DNA of 64,000 bases from Thermodesulfobacteriota bacterium (GTDB lineage: Bacteria; Desulfobacterota_D; UBA1144; Nemesobacterales; CSP1-2), in NCBI GenBank assembly GCA_035559815.1, contig DATMAT010000057.1:6359-70358 (forward strand). The letters are read 5' to 3'. The notes under the pieces were generated by a model that did no database searches, was not told where the DNA came from, and was given only the letters and a program-made list of their open reading frames with translations. The position numbers and the translations under genes were made by a program. Positions 37,030 through 45,068 of this stretch are shown piece after piece. Position 1 is the first letter of the stretch, and each line of letters begins with the position of its first letter.

Positions 37030-37995
37030 TCAGACCGGGATACAACGCCCCGAATCGAAGAGGCAAGTCCAACCAGGTGGACAGCCACTGTTGCCACAAC
37101 ACGACCAACCCGGCGGAGCACACTTTGTGCCATTAGCACAGCAGGAGTGACCAGGCGGGCAGCAACCCCGCCCGCAACACACAGGAGCCCACGACGGACA
37201 GCAATGGTCGCCACAACACCGCTCACCAGATACGCAGCAGCGGTTGCCACAAGTCTGACCCGCCGGGCAACAACCACCGCCGGTGCATACTTCTCCTGGC
37301 CCACAGCAGTGATTGTTACAGACTCGACTAGGTGGACAGCAGCCCTCGATGGTGCACTGCTCTCCCGGAGCACAGCGACGGTTATTGCAGACTCGATCTG
37401 CAGGAGCACAGCCGTCCAGGGTGCACACTTCTTCCGGCGCACAACAACGCTCGTTGCAGACTCGATCTTTAGGGCAGAAGCCGTCCCTAGTGCACTGCTG
37501 CCCATCTGGCACATAACAACCGAAACCGAAGCAGCATCGTTGACCTGGCGGACAGCAGCTTAATGTATATCCGGTTGCCGTTTCATTAAGGATGTGGCAG
37601 CATTCATGGTCTCCCGGGCAACATTCCGGACGCTTTCCGATGCGCCCGCACAACTTCATTTCAGGTGGACAGAGAGGAGGAATGAACTCGCATTGGACCA
37701 AGCACTGTACTCTGCATTCATCACGCAGAATCGCGATTGGAACATCCGGATTATCAATGCGTCCAGCTTTGACGCAGGCACCTACGCAGCGATCAACACA
37801 GGGTTTTTTATGGCAATATTCCATGCACTGATGGTCAGGGTGGCCAGCCCTGAGGCAATCGTCCATACAACGATTCACACCGTTGTATGCCGGGTATATA
37901 GTCTCATTCACTTGGCTAGAAGTCCCAATAGTATAGTAGTGCCCGCTCGTTTTATAGAGTGACCCTTCTGCGGTAAATCCTGGTATCTTGTTCAT
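37030..37995 (-). CDS. Leader-family precursor protein, member 4: 321-aa extremely Cys-rich protein
   Basis: The leader is MNKIPGFTAEGSLYKTSGHYY. About 300 aa follow with more than 60 Cys in iterated C-x4-5-C / CCPPG / CAPxxxC units (...CCGPGEVCTGGGCCPAGQTCGNRCCVSGERCCGDHCC...). Confidence 0.8.
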   Translation of the reverse strand: MNKIPGFTAEGSLYKTSGHYYTIGTSSQVNETIYPAYNGVNRCMDDCLRAGHPDHQCMEYCHKKPCVDRCVGACVKAGRIDNPDVPIAILRDECRVQCLVQCEFIPPLCPPEMKLCGRIGKRPECCPGDHECCHILNETATGYTLSCCPPGQRCCFGFGCYVPDGQQCTRDGFCPKDRVCNERCCAPEEVCTLDGCAPADRVCNNRRCAPGEQCTIEGCCPPSRVCNNHCCGPGEVCTGGGCCPAGQTCGNRCCVSGERCCGDHCCPSWAPVCCGRGCCPPGHSCCANGTKCAPPGWSCCGNSGCPPGWTCLFDSGRCIPV

Positions 37996-38064
37996 TTAAT
38001 TCGCCCCTAATTTCAATCATAATATGTCGTGCCTAATCACGGCCTTCACCCGGGTGCATAAGGT

Positions 38065-38403
38065 CTAAGTTCGAGTAGGGCTGCATCCTTTGAGGCATTC
38101 TCGATAATTCTCATCGCAGATAATACAGTGGGTAGATCCCTTCGGGTTTTCAGGCGTGCCTTCACAACCCTCCAAACACAGGACCCAGGCTATATAGCAA
38201 AGACCTCTACAAAGCGAACGCCCGATCCCGCCAAAAAGCCCAGAACCGGGCGATACAGGTAATGGATTAATAGTCAGTTGAGAAATAACTCTTTGCCCAC
38301 AGTTGCTATAAGCTTGCATCGCTATAGACTGGTACTGCTCACTCGTCTTATAAACCGATGCCTCTGCTGTGAATCCCGGTGTTTTCATTTCATCAACCCC
38401 CAT
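38065..38403 (-). CDS. Leader-family precursor protein, member 5
   Basis: The leader is M(GVDE)MKTPGFTAEASVYKTSEQYQ. The core has 10 Cys (...SLCRGLCYIAWVLCLEGCEG...HCIICDENYRECLKGC). Confidence 0.75.
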   Translation of the reverse strand: MGVDEMKTPGFTAEASVYKTSEQYQSIAMQAYSNCGQRVISQLTINPLPVSPGSGLFGGIGRSLCRGLCYIAWVLCLEGCEGTPENPKGSTHCIICDENYRECLKGCSPTRT

Positions 38404-38441
38404 TTATTTCAGATTATCCCTACAGCAGCCGACCTAAACCC

Positions 38442-38693
38442 TTAGGCCATTCCCCCGCCACCACAGACCCCAAAGCACGCACCGCACGTCAAAAAATCTC
38501 CTGGGTCTGGCACAGGCGACATAACAAGGAAAGCCGCACAGGCTAGGCAAGCGGTCATGCAAAACCTGCTTCTGAACATCGCCGGAACGATCCCACTTTC
38601 TTTCATATCCGAACTATAAGAAACCGTATATCGTCCAGTAGACCTGTATACAGAGGTTTCTGCAGTAAATCCAGGCAAATTCATTTTACTCAT
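38442..38693 (-). CDS. Leader-family precursor protein, member 6 (83 aa from the internal start)
   Basis: The leader is MSKMNLPGFTAETSVYRSTGRYT. The core is hydrophobic with 7 Cys and ends GGGGMA. The RBS GGAGGTGAATAAA precedes the ATG at 38693. The longer ORF to 38768 would overlap member 7. Confidence 0.75.
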   Translation of the reverse strand: MSKMNLPGFTAETSVYRSTGRYTVSYSSDMKESGIVPAMFRSRFCMTACLACAAFLVMSPVPDPGDFLTCGACFGVCGGGGMA

Positions 38694-38748
38694 TTTATTC
38701 ACCTCCTTCACACATTGTTCAAAACCGAGATGAGTGCAGTAATCGGTC

Positions 38749-39135
38749 TTACCAGCCGAACCCGACACCTAGCTCGGTGTCGCAGGTCGTATCTGGCACG
38801 TCCCATTCACCCCAAATATTAAACCAAGTGTTTTTACACCGGTCTGGAGGCCGACCTTCAAGACCCGGAGTCGTTCGACAAGCTTCTTCCCACGATACGC
38901 CCCAAGGGATACCCCACAATATGGCTGAAAACTGTCGCCGTCCGCAGCCTGACCCTTCCGTCCACCAACAGCCGCGCTTAGTACAGTGATCTCTCTTGAA
39001 GCTACCCCAGGTCTGGGCCGGCACAAGGCGTCCCATTTCCGTCGGCATGTACTGAAAACCCGCTCGATACTGATGGCTCCCGCGATATAGCGAAGCCTTT
39101 GCGGTAAATCCAGGTATTTTGTTCATTTCATTCAC
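38749..39135 (-). CDS. Leader-family precursor protein, member 7 (Trp-rich core)
   Basis: The leader is M(NEM)NKIPGFTAKASLYRGSHQYR. The core has 11 Trp and 6 Cys (...RGCWWTEGSGCGRRQFSAILWGIPWGVSWEEAC...). Confidence 0.75.
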   Translation of the reverse strand: MNEMNKIPGFTAKASLYRGSHQYRAGFQYMPTEMGRLVPAQTWGSFKRDHCTKRGCWWTEGSGCGRRQFSAILWGIPWGVSWEEACRTTPGLEGRPPDRCKNTWFNIWGEWDVPDTTCDTELGVGFGW

Positions 39136-39177
39136 CTCCTTTTTTCACTCCCTCACCAGACCCTAGAGACCGAACAC

Positions 39178-39597
39178 TCAGATCAGGGTGCAGAAAGAAG
39201 GACTACATCCTATGAAGGGTGCACATATTCTCCTGCACTTTGTCCCCGCCGGACAACAGCCCTCGTTATTACAGCAGGACGTACCGGGCGGGCAACAACC
39301 ACGAGCACAGCAAGGATGACCAGGGGGACAAGAGTGGGTGCCGCAGTTGGGTCGAGGTGGAGGAGGTGGGGGTGGAGTACAAGATACTTCTTTACAAATA
39401 GGTCCTCCTGTTTCTGGGTCATATCCAAAGCAACAGGTCTTCTGCCCATTTTCACATGGCGTGCACCCTTTAATCTGTTGTAGTACTAAGCCGCTAACTG
39501 ACTTGCTAGTCCAAGTCGATTCAAGCGCATAAATCCCAGCCGTCCTGTAGAGCGAAGCCTCTGCGGCAAATCCCGGCATTTTGCTCATTTGACTCAC
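39178..39597 (-). CDS. Leader-family precursor protein, member 8 (20-Cys core with a poly-Pro linker)
   Basis: The leader is M(SQ)MSKMPGFAAEASLYRTAGIY. The core is ...CTPPPPPPPRPNCGTHSCPPGHPCCARGCCPPGTSCCNNEGCCPAGTKC... The RBS is GGAGGTGAGTCAA. Confidence 0.8.
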   Translation of the reverse strand: MSQMSKMPGFAAEASLYRTAGIYALESTWTSKSVSGLVLQQIKGCTPCENGQKTCCFGYDPETGGPICKEVSCTPPPPPPPRPNCGTHSCPPGHPCCARGCCPPGTSCCNNEGCCPAGTKCRRICAPFIGCSPSFCTLI

Positions 39598-39657
39598 CTC
39601 CTTTCTCTTTTTCCTCCGTCCGTATAGAATTCACCTGATAAACCGCCGCGGTCTCAA

Positions 39658-40041
39658 CTAGTCAATCGCTACCAAGCTGTCAACACAGTCACGCCACGGC
39701 TCACTTGCCGGCACCCAACCCCAATAGCAGCCAGGCGGTTCAGGACAGATCTTTGCATACTTAAACCATTGGCATATCCGGCACTCGGTTTGAAAAGTCA
39801 GACCCCAAAATTTCCATGTGCTGGTCGTTTTATCCCAGCACAATTTTTTCATCGTAAACACTACGCCCGGCATTGATGTTGGCACGTCAACGGTAGATAG
39901 TGTGCCCATCAGTCCCTGGGTAAGAACCAACGCACCTACTCTCACGCCTGCACGATTCGGGGCTACTGCATAGCTCATGGCTGATTTGTAGAGCGAGACC
40001 TCTGCTGTAAACTCAGGCAATTTCATTTCCTTCACCTCCAT
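39658..40041 (-). CDS. Leader-family precursor protein, member 9 (Trp/Cys core)
   Basis: The leader is M(EVKE)MKLPEFTAEVSLYKSAMSY. The core is ...LCWDKTTSTWKFWGLTFQTECRICQWFKYAKICPEPPGCYWGW... The RBS is GGAGGTGAAGGAA. Confidence 0.75.
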   Translation of the reverse strand: MEVKEMKLPEFTAEVSLYKSAMSYAVAPNRAGVRVGALVLTQGLMGTLSTVDVPTSMPGVVFTMKKLCWDKTTSTWKFWGLTFQTECRICQWFKYAKICPEPPGCYWGWVPASEPWRDCVDSLVAID

Positions 40042-40061
40042 TCAATTGAATCCGGTCGACC

Positions 40062-41057
40062 TCACCGATCATAATACGGCGACATCTTTGTAACCAGGAA
40101 CGGAAACTCCTCGGTCACATCCACACGGGTAAAGAACTTCTCGGTAACGTCCGTCTGACGATTGGTGAAGGAGAAAATGACATCTACAACCTTGCGTGTG
40201 CCGCTGAGAGGCGAATGACGAACTTCTACCGCTGTCAAAGAAGAGTTTTGAGCAAAAGCCTCCGCAGCTTTAGCATAGATGGCGTTGTATCGTACTGCCA
40301 GATAGTTTAAAGCACGGTGGTCGTCAGTGGCTCCGGCATTGTCAGCTATCTGCATTATCCTCATGAATAGCTCCTCTGCTGCTGGGGTGAACTCCTTTGC
40401 TGACATCTTTTCCGGCTTAGGAATAGATTTGATTAGAGAATCGATATCGAATGAATACATCTGGTCGAACACAACAATAGGCACCATGAGTCCATTGCAC
40501 ATCTCTGGCGGGGCGATTGGCCCTCTCATGCCAATAACCACATCAACATCAGTGGGGCGTGGAGCGGGACGTAAGGCCTCCACTAACATATCCAGGTCCG
40601 CAGGGTCGCGCGGCACCAGAATGTATGTCTCCAAACCCTCAATGGTTAAAACCCAGCACATCTGTCTCACCAGGTAGCGGTTCTGTCTATGGGTCAGAAC
40701 CTTGTGGAGTGCCTCTCGGTCGGTAAGCCCGGCTGTCTTTTCCCGCCCTGTAACTTGGGCGAATTCCTTCTCCACAGCTAAACGAGGAAAGCGGGCCTCG
40801 ACCCTGCCCAGGGCATAAACGAAGCTGGGTGTAACTCCGCCATTTGACCCGGTGGAGCTTCCGCATGTAGGACACCCTCCCCCTCCAGCTTGGGTGGGAA
40901 GAATAGTTCCAGTACGACTTTCAGAAGAGGATACTACTGTTGGTGAGTCTTTCACGTTAACGGCTTGCTCTCCCATCTGTTCCTTCGATTCAACATTTTC
41001 TTCCATGATATTTCTCCTCCTTTCAGGATAGATTTCAAAGGCTTCATAATTAGCCAC
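40062..41057 (-). CDS. Hypothetical 331-aa protein associated with the precursor cluster (Ser/Gly-rich N-terminal linker, GGGGCPTCGSS, then an about 230-aa globular domain)
   Basis: It sits between S8 peptidase 2 and the seven-precursor array in the same orientation. Its C-terminal 15 residues (EFPFLVTKMSPYYDR) are identical to the tail of S8 peptidase 1. Confidence 0.6.
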   Translation of the reverse strand: MANYEAFEIYPERRRNIMEENVESKEQMGEQAVNVKDSPTVVSSSESRTGTILPTQAGGGGCPTCGSSTGSNGGVTPSFVYALGRVEARFPRLAVEKEFAQVTGREKTAGLTDREALHKVLTHRQNRYLVRQMCWVLTIEGLETYILVPRDPADLDMLVEALRPAPRPTDVDVVIGMRGPIAPPEMCNGLMVPIVVFDQMYSFDIDSLIKSIPKPEKMSAKEFTPAAEELFMRIMQIADNAGATDDHRALNYLAVRYNAIYAKAAEAFAQNSSLTAVEVRHSPLSGTRKVVDVIFSFTNRQTDVTEKFFTRVDVTEEFPFLVTKMSPYYDR

Positions 41058-41199
41058 AAAGACTCAAAGGAAATTGTTAACGAGTTAGCTTACGCCTTTT
41101 GTCGTGTTAGCGAGTTTGCGTGTTATTTTTCTAGCTCGTAAACCAGCAAACACGTTAACCCGCAAACATTGTTTCTTTGTGCCTTGGTGGTTTATATTT

Positions 41200-41418
41200 T
41201 TATCTCGAACGCCTGCCAGAGAAAACCAGCCAACCGTTGAGTGTGGAGGCGCGACGTTCACATCCGCCACACGGTTTAATCCCAATAGTAGACGTGACTC
41301 GCTTAATCGCATCACCCAGTCCAATTTCCTCATCGCTAATGAAACCAGGAAGACGAACCCGGTAAGGCTGTCCTTTAGTCTTACTTCTTTGACCATTTCT
41401 TGTTTCTTCCTTTTTCAT
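41200..41418 (-). CDS. Small ORF (about 72 aa) with an RLPGF motif and a C-terminal CGGC
   Basis: MKKEETRNGQRSKTKGQPYRVRLPGFISDEEIGLGDAIKRVTSTIGIKPCGGCERR... The RBS is AGGTGA, 5 nt upstream. The PGF spacing partly echoes the family leader. Confidence 0.35.
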   Translation of the reverse strand: MKKEETRNGQRSKTKGQPYRVRLPGFISDEEIGLGDAIKRVTSTIGIKPCGGCERRASTLNGWLVFSGRRSR

Positions 41419-41450
41419 GACATTCACCTATGTTACGCAAATATACATTA

Positions 41451-41478
41451 TAGGGGGACGCTGCAGCGTGCCCCTACC
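41451..41478 (-). terminator. TAGGGGG-ACGCTGCAGCGT-GCCCCTA palindromic hairpin between S8 peptidase 2 and the small ORF
   Basis: It is a near-perfect palindrome of the same family as 22129-22156 and 53394-53417. Confidence 0.4.
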
Positions 41479-41598
41479 TAAGTTGAACGCACAACTGTCA
41501 TTCCCGCACGCTTATGGATACCCCACAGCTCCCCGATAACTACATTCGGGGACAGGATTCGGGTATGACAATGTAAAAAAGCGAATAACGTGAGATAT

Positions 41599-42510
41599 TC
41601 ACCTCCTTAAACCAGACCTTATAATCTGATACGCCCCCCATGCATCAAGCAAGGGTGGAACTACCGTATTTCTCCTTCGCCCGTTCGACCGTGTAATCAC
41701 GACTTTCATATCAGCACCGGTAGCTTTTGGGAACTCTGACCAAAGCAGCGCAATAGCCCCCGTCACAAAGGGAGCCGCAGCGCTCGTTCCGCTGAACGTG
41801 AGTGGTTTGCCATCGGCTCCGAGGCTAGTAATGTTGTCGCCGGGGGCGCTCAGACCTCGTCTCCCTATCGAATTTCCCAGATTGGAGTAACTAATCGGTC
41901 TACCCTGAAGGTCACAGGCAACGACCGGGATAACCCAAGGGTGACGGGTGATAACAGTGCTACCAACTGCTCCCTGATTTCCCGCCGCTGCTACAATCAA
42001 AACGCCTCTCTTTGATGCATAATTCAAAGCCCCTACTAACTCTCGTTCACCTGTGGAAGATAGCTGCGCCATAGCTGCACTCAGGTTTATCACGTGCGCT
42101 CCCGCATCAATGGTCTCGATTAATGCCGCTGCTAGTTCATCGGGAGTGGTACTGGGCATGGGCTCTAGATGCTGGCTGCGGCTATTTCCATTTCCTGACA
42201 TCGTCTCAGCAAAAATAGGACGCACCAACAACGTGCAATCAGGACAGATAGCCGGAGCTACAGAACCCCTCTTTCCGCACAAAATTCCTGCCACGAATGT
42301 TCCATGCAAACAGGCGACACTACTTGCCTGTGCACATGCACCCGCAAGTTTTCCAGGGACCTCACGAATGTCTCCACCTGAAAGATCCGGATGGTCTAAT
42401 AACACGGGCCCGTCAATCAGACCAACTACTATCTCTGGCCTCCCGCTGGCAATATCCATCAAAGCGGTGAGCCTGATTAAATCCAGATGATTCATGCGTG
42501 GATTCCTCAC
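41599..42510 (-). CDS. S8 subtilisin-like serine peptidase 2 (full length, no signal or pro-domain)
   Basis: VGLIDGPV (Asp), HGTFVAGILCG (His), GTSAAAPFVTGAIALL (Ser). Length is 303 aa. It shares more than 60% identity with peptidase 1 across the catalytic core. Confidence 0.85.
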   Translation of the reverse strand: MRNPRMNHLDLIRLTALMDIASGRPEIVVGLIDGPVLLDHPDLSGGDIREVPGKLAGACAQASSVACLHGTFVAGILCGKRGSVAPAICPDCTLLVRPIFAETMSGNGNSRSQHLEPMPSTTPDELAAALIETIDAGAHVINLSAAMAQLSSTGERELVGALNYASKRGVLIVAAAGNQGAVGSTVITRHPWVIPVVACDLQGRPISYSNLGNSIGRRGLSAPGDNITSLGADGKPLTFSGTSAAAPFVTGAIALLWSEFPKATGADMKVVITRSNGRRRNTVVPPLLDAWGAYQIIRSGLRR

Positions 42511-42753
42511 CTCAACCCAGTGATAGGAGTTAAAAACTAGATAAAGACTAAAGGAGAACGAGTACTTACAGTTAATCTTTCAAGTGAGCAGAAATAAACA
42601 ACCGGCGGTTATCGTTAATAACCTGATGTTGTGGACAGAAGTTGCTTAGGCTCTTTATAGTTATTGCTCTCCCTCTCAGGGTGATTATAGGCCTAGTCAA
42701 AAAGTAAAGTCAAGCAAAATTTTGACCGAGTAAAAAAATGGCCTATGTAAAAA

Positions 42754-43695
42754 TCAACTGCCCGCCAGAGCCTTAATCATGATCTTCATCACCTCGACAT
42801 TGCTCTGCTTTCCCACCGGGTTTGGGACGATGATCGGAAGTTGAACCCCTGCTTCTCTGTAAGCCTCGAGTCTTTCACGGCACCTTTCGGCAGGGCCAAC
42901 CAAAGCCACCGCGTCCAGTAGGTCATCGGAAAACGCCTCGGCTGGGCTTACACCAGATTTAATCTTCTCCACCACATCGCCAAATCCTAAGTTTGTAATC
43001 AAGCGCTGGTAGAAAGGAAAGCGGGCATAGCCGGAAAGACCGCGCTTTCCGGCGTTTCTGGCAGCTTCCAAGTCGTCGGAGATAAAACAAGGGATTCCAT
43101 TGGTGATGTCGATATCCGAAGGAGCACGGCCGGCCTTTTCCGCACCTCTTTTAACCGCGCCTATCAGCTTCTTCAAATGACCGGGAGTAGCCATATAGGG
43201 CATGATGCCGTCTGCTACCTCGCCGGCCAGTTCCGCCGCTTTTTCGGTCAGCACCGCCGTGTATATCGGGAGATAAGGGAGTTGTCTTTTGATTGTCAAG
43301 AGTGGCGAGCTTCCATCAGCGAAGGACCTGACCGCTGTCACATATTTTCGCATTTCCTCGATCGGGTCTTTCATGTCAATTCCGAAGCGGTCATTCACCG
43401 GCTTATGACTGACACCCAACCCAAGCACCATCCTTCCGCCTGAAATTTCCTGAACAGTAAGGGCCTCGGCCGCACATATAACCGGCTGGCGCATGTAGAT
43501 ATTGGTTATCCATGTACCCACTTTAATTTTCGAGGTCGCCTCGGCAAAAACCTGGGCGTTAGCCAGGGCGCTGTAGGGTGGCACCTCCGGGGAAAATATC
43601 GCCTCGAATCCCCCAGCCTCCGCTTCTTTGGCTAAAGCGCGAAGGTCGTCTACGCTGCATCCCCATACCGGTGAAATGGTCGCTATCCGTTTCAT
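42754..43695 (-). CDS. LLM-class (luciferase-like) flavin/F420-dependent oxidoreductase
   Basis: 313 aa with a TIM-barrel LLM pattern (...GGFEAIFSPE..., GRMVLGLGVSH). Confidence 0.75.
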   Translation of the reverse strand: MKRIATISPVWGCSVDDLRALAKEAEAGGFEAIFSPEVPPYSALANAQVFAEATSKIKVGTWITNIYMRQPVICAAEALTVQEISGGRMVLGLGVSHKPVNDRFGIDMKDPIEEMRKYVTAVRSFADGSSPLLTIKRQLPYLPIYTAVLTEKAAELAGEVADGIMPYMATPGHLKKLIGAVKRGAEKAGRAPSDIDITNGIPCFISDDLEAARNAGKRGLSGYARFPFYQRLITNLGFGDVVEKIKSGVSPAEAFSDDLLDAVALVGPAERCRERLEAYREAGVQLPIIVPNPVGKQSNVEVMKIMIKALAGS

Positions 43696-43975
43696 TCATC
43701 TTCTCCTCCTTTTATTTTGGCCACGAATTCTCACCAATAGTCTCGAATGAAAAATGAAAATGAATAAAAAACTGGTATTAGCATTTATAGATTCTAAATA
43801 AGACGCAAAACGTCATTGCCGCATGCATTTGCGGTAATCCAAAGCACTGATGGATGCCCGATTGATCCGCCGGTTTAAACGGGGGACGGGCATGACCATC
43901 ATAAGACATACAGAACAGGAGTGAACGAGGTTTTAATTTGTGATAATTCGTGTTCATTCGTGGCTAAATAGTCAT

Positions 43976-44869
43976 CTAATACTGATTAATCACATCCCGG
44001 TAAAAATCGGGGCGGAGCAAAGACTCATCTCCTCTTTCCAAGACCGCTCTTATCTCTTCCAAGACCCTTTCCTTATCCTGGGGGAATCTTGCTTTGATAG
44101 GAAGATAATTAGAGATGTGATTCGAAAAGAAATACCCGTCAGTCAGGTTTGTATTCTCGACGATAATTTCTAGCTCTTTTATCATCTGAAACTTATCCGG
44201 GAGTTTGAACTTTCCGTCAAGCCACTCCTGGTAAATCGGAGCCCCCGGGCGGACCTGAAGGGAAAGTGCCCCTACATACTCAGGGTCAGTATCGGTCAAG
44301 AGCCTTCCGGTCGCATATGCATGCTCAAGGCTTCTATCCACCCCGCCAACCCCGAGAAGAACCATGGCCGAGTTTTTGACCCCGGCCTCTTTAAGGATTT
44401 TTGATGCTCTTACCGTCTCCTCGTAATTTGCCCCTTTTTTAATCCTTTCTAGAACTATATCGTCTCCGCTTTCAAATCCGATGTAAACCATCTCCAACCC
44501 GAGGTCCCTCAGCACTTTTAAATTCTCAGCTCCTTTTCTCAGGATGTCGCTAACGTTTGCATACATGGTAATTCGCTGCAAGTCCGGACGTTTCTCCTTT
44601 AAATACTGCAAAATCTCGACCAGCTTTTTCTGGGGCATGACCAGGGCGTTGCCATCGGCGATGAACACCCGGTTGAAATCATATCTCTCCACAGCTTCAT
44701 CAATAATAGTCTTGATCTCATCTATGGGGCGCATACGAAACCTTTGGGTATCTTTCCGATACATGGCGCAGTAGGTGCACTCGTTATGAGAGCAGCCTAT
44801 CGTAGCCTGAAGGATGAAGCTATTTGCCTCGCTGGGAGGCCGGAAAAGCGGCATGGAATATTCAATCAT
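43976..44869 (-). CDS. Radical SAM protein (compact, no SPASM extension)
   Basis: The CxxxCxxC cluster is IGCSHNECTYCAMY. GFESGDD is a glycine-rich SAM motif. Length is 297 aa. Confidence 0.8.
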   Translation of the reverse strand: MIEYSMPLFRPPSEANSFILQATIGCSHNECTYCAMYRKDTQRFRMRPIDEIKTIIDEAVERYDFNRVFIADGNALVMPQKKLVEILQYLKEKRPDLQRITMYANVSDILRKGAENLKVLRDLGLEMVYIGFESGDDIVLERIKKGANYEETVRASKILKEAGVKNSAMVLLGVGGVDRSLEHAYATGRLLTDTDPEYVGALSLQVRPGAPIYQEWLDGKFKLPDKFQMIKELEIIVENTNLTDGYFFSNHISNYLPIKARFPQDKERVLEEIRAVLERGDESLLRPDFYRDVINQY

Positions 44870-45068
44870 GACCCTAGAAGTTAACGTAAAAAGGGGGTTA
44901 ATGCAAGCAATCCTCCCTAAACTTTACAAAGGAGAATCATTCGTTATAATCAAAGCACCATGGAACAGCACGAGAAAGAAGGAACAATCTACATACTGGC
45001 AATCATAGGTTTTATTGCGTCAATCTTAATCCTTGTATCTTTGACGCACGTAATCTTTGATTAAAGCA

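Noticed and set aside
37011-37563. Alternative open frames (167 aa minus, 138 aa plus, 67 aa plus) across the Cys-rich precursor gene
   Set aside because: The GC-rich codon repeats leave several frames open. Only the frame beginning with the conserved leader and RBS is supported.
37030-39597. Eukaryotic contamination (keratin-associated or metallothionein-like CCPPG repeats)
   Set aside because: The genes have bacterial RBSs and tight operon spacing, share the bacterial leader, and are embedded between bacterial peptidase and TA genes.
33180-40041. Interpreting the shared N-terminus as a Sec or Tat signal peptide or a double-glycine bacteriocin leader
   Set aside because: The leader is hydrophilic, with no hydrophobic core. 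It lacks an RR motif and lacks a GG/GA cleavage motif. No C39-peptidase ABC transporter is in the window.
33180-44869. Class I-IV lanthipeptide cluster
   Set aside because: No LanB, LanC, LanM or LanKC-like dehydratase or cyclase genes are present. Only S8 peptidases, an rSAM gene and an LLM gene are.
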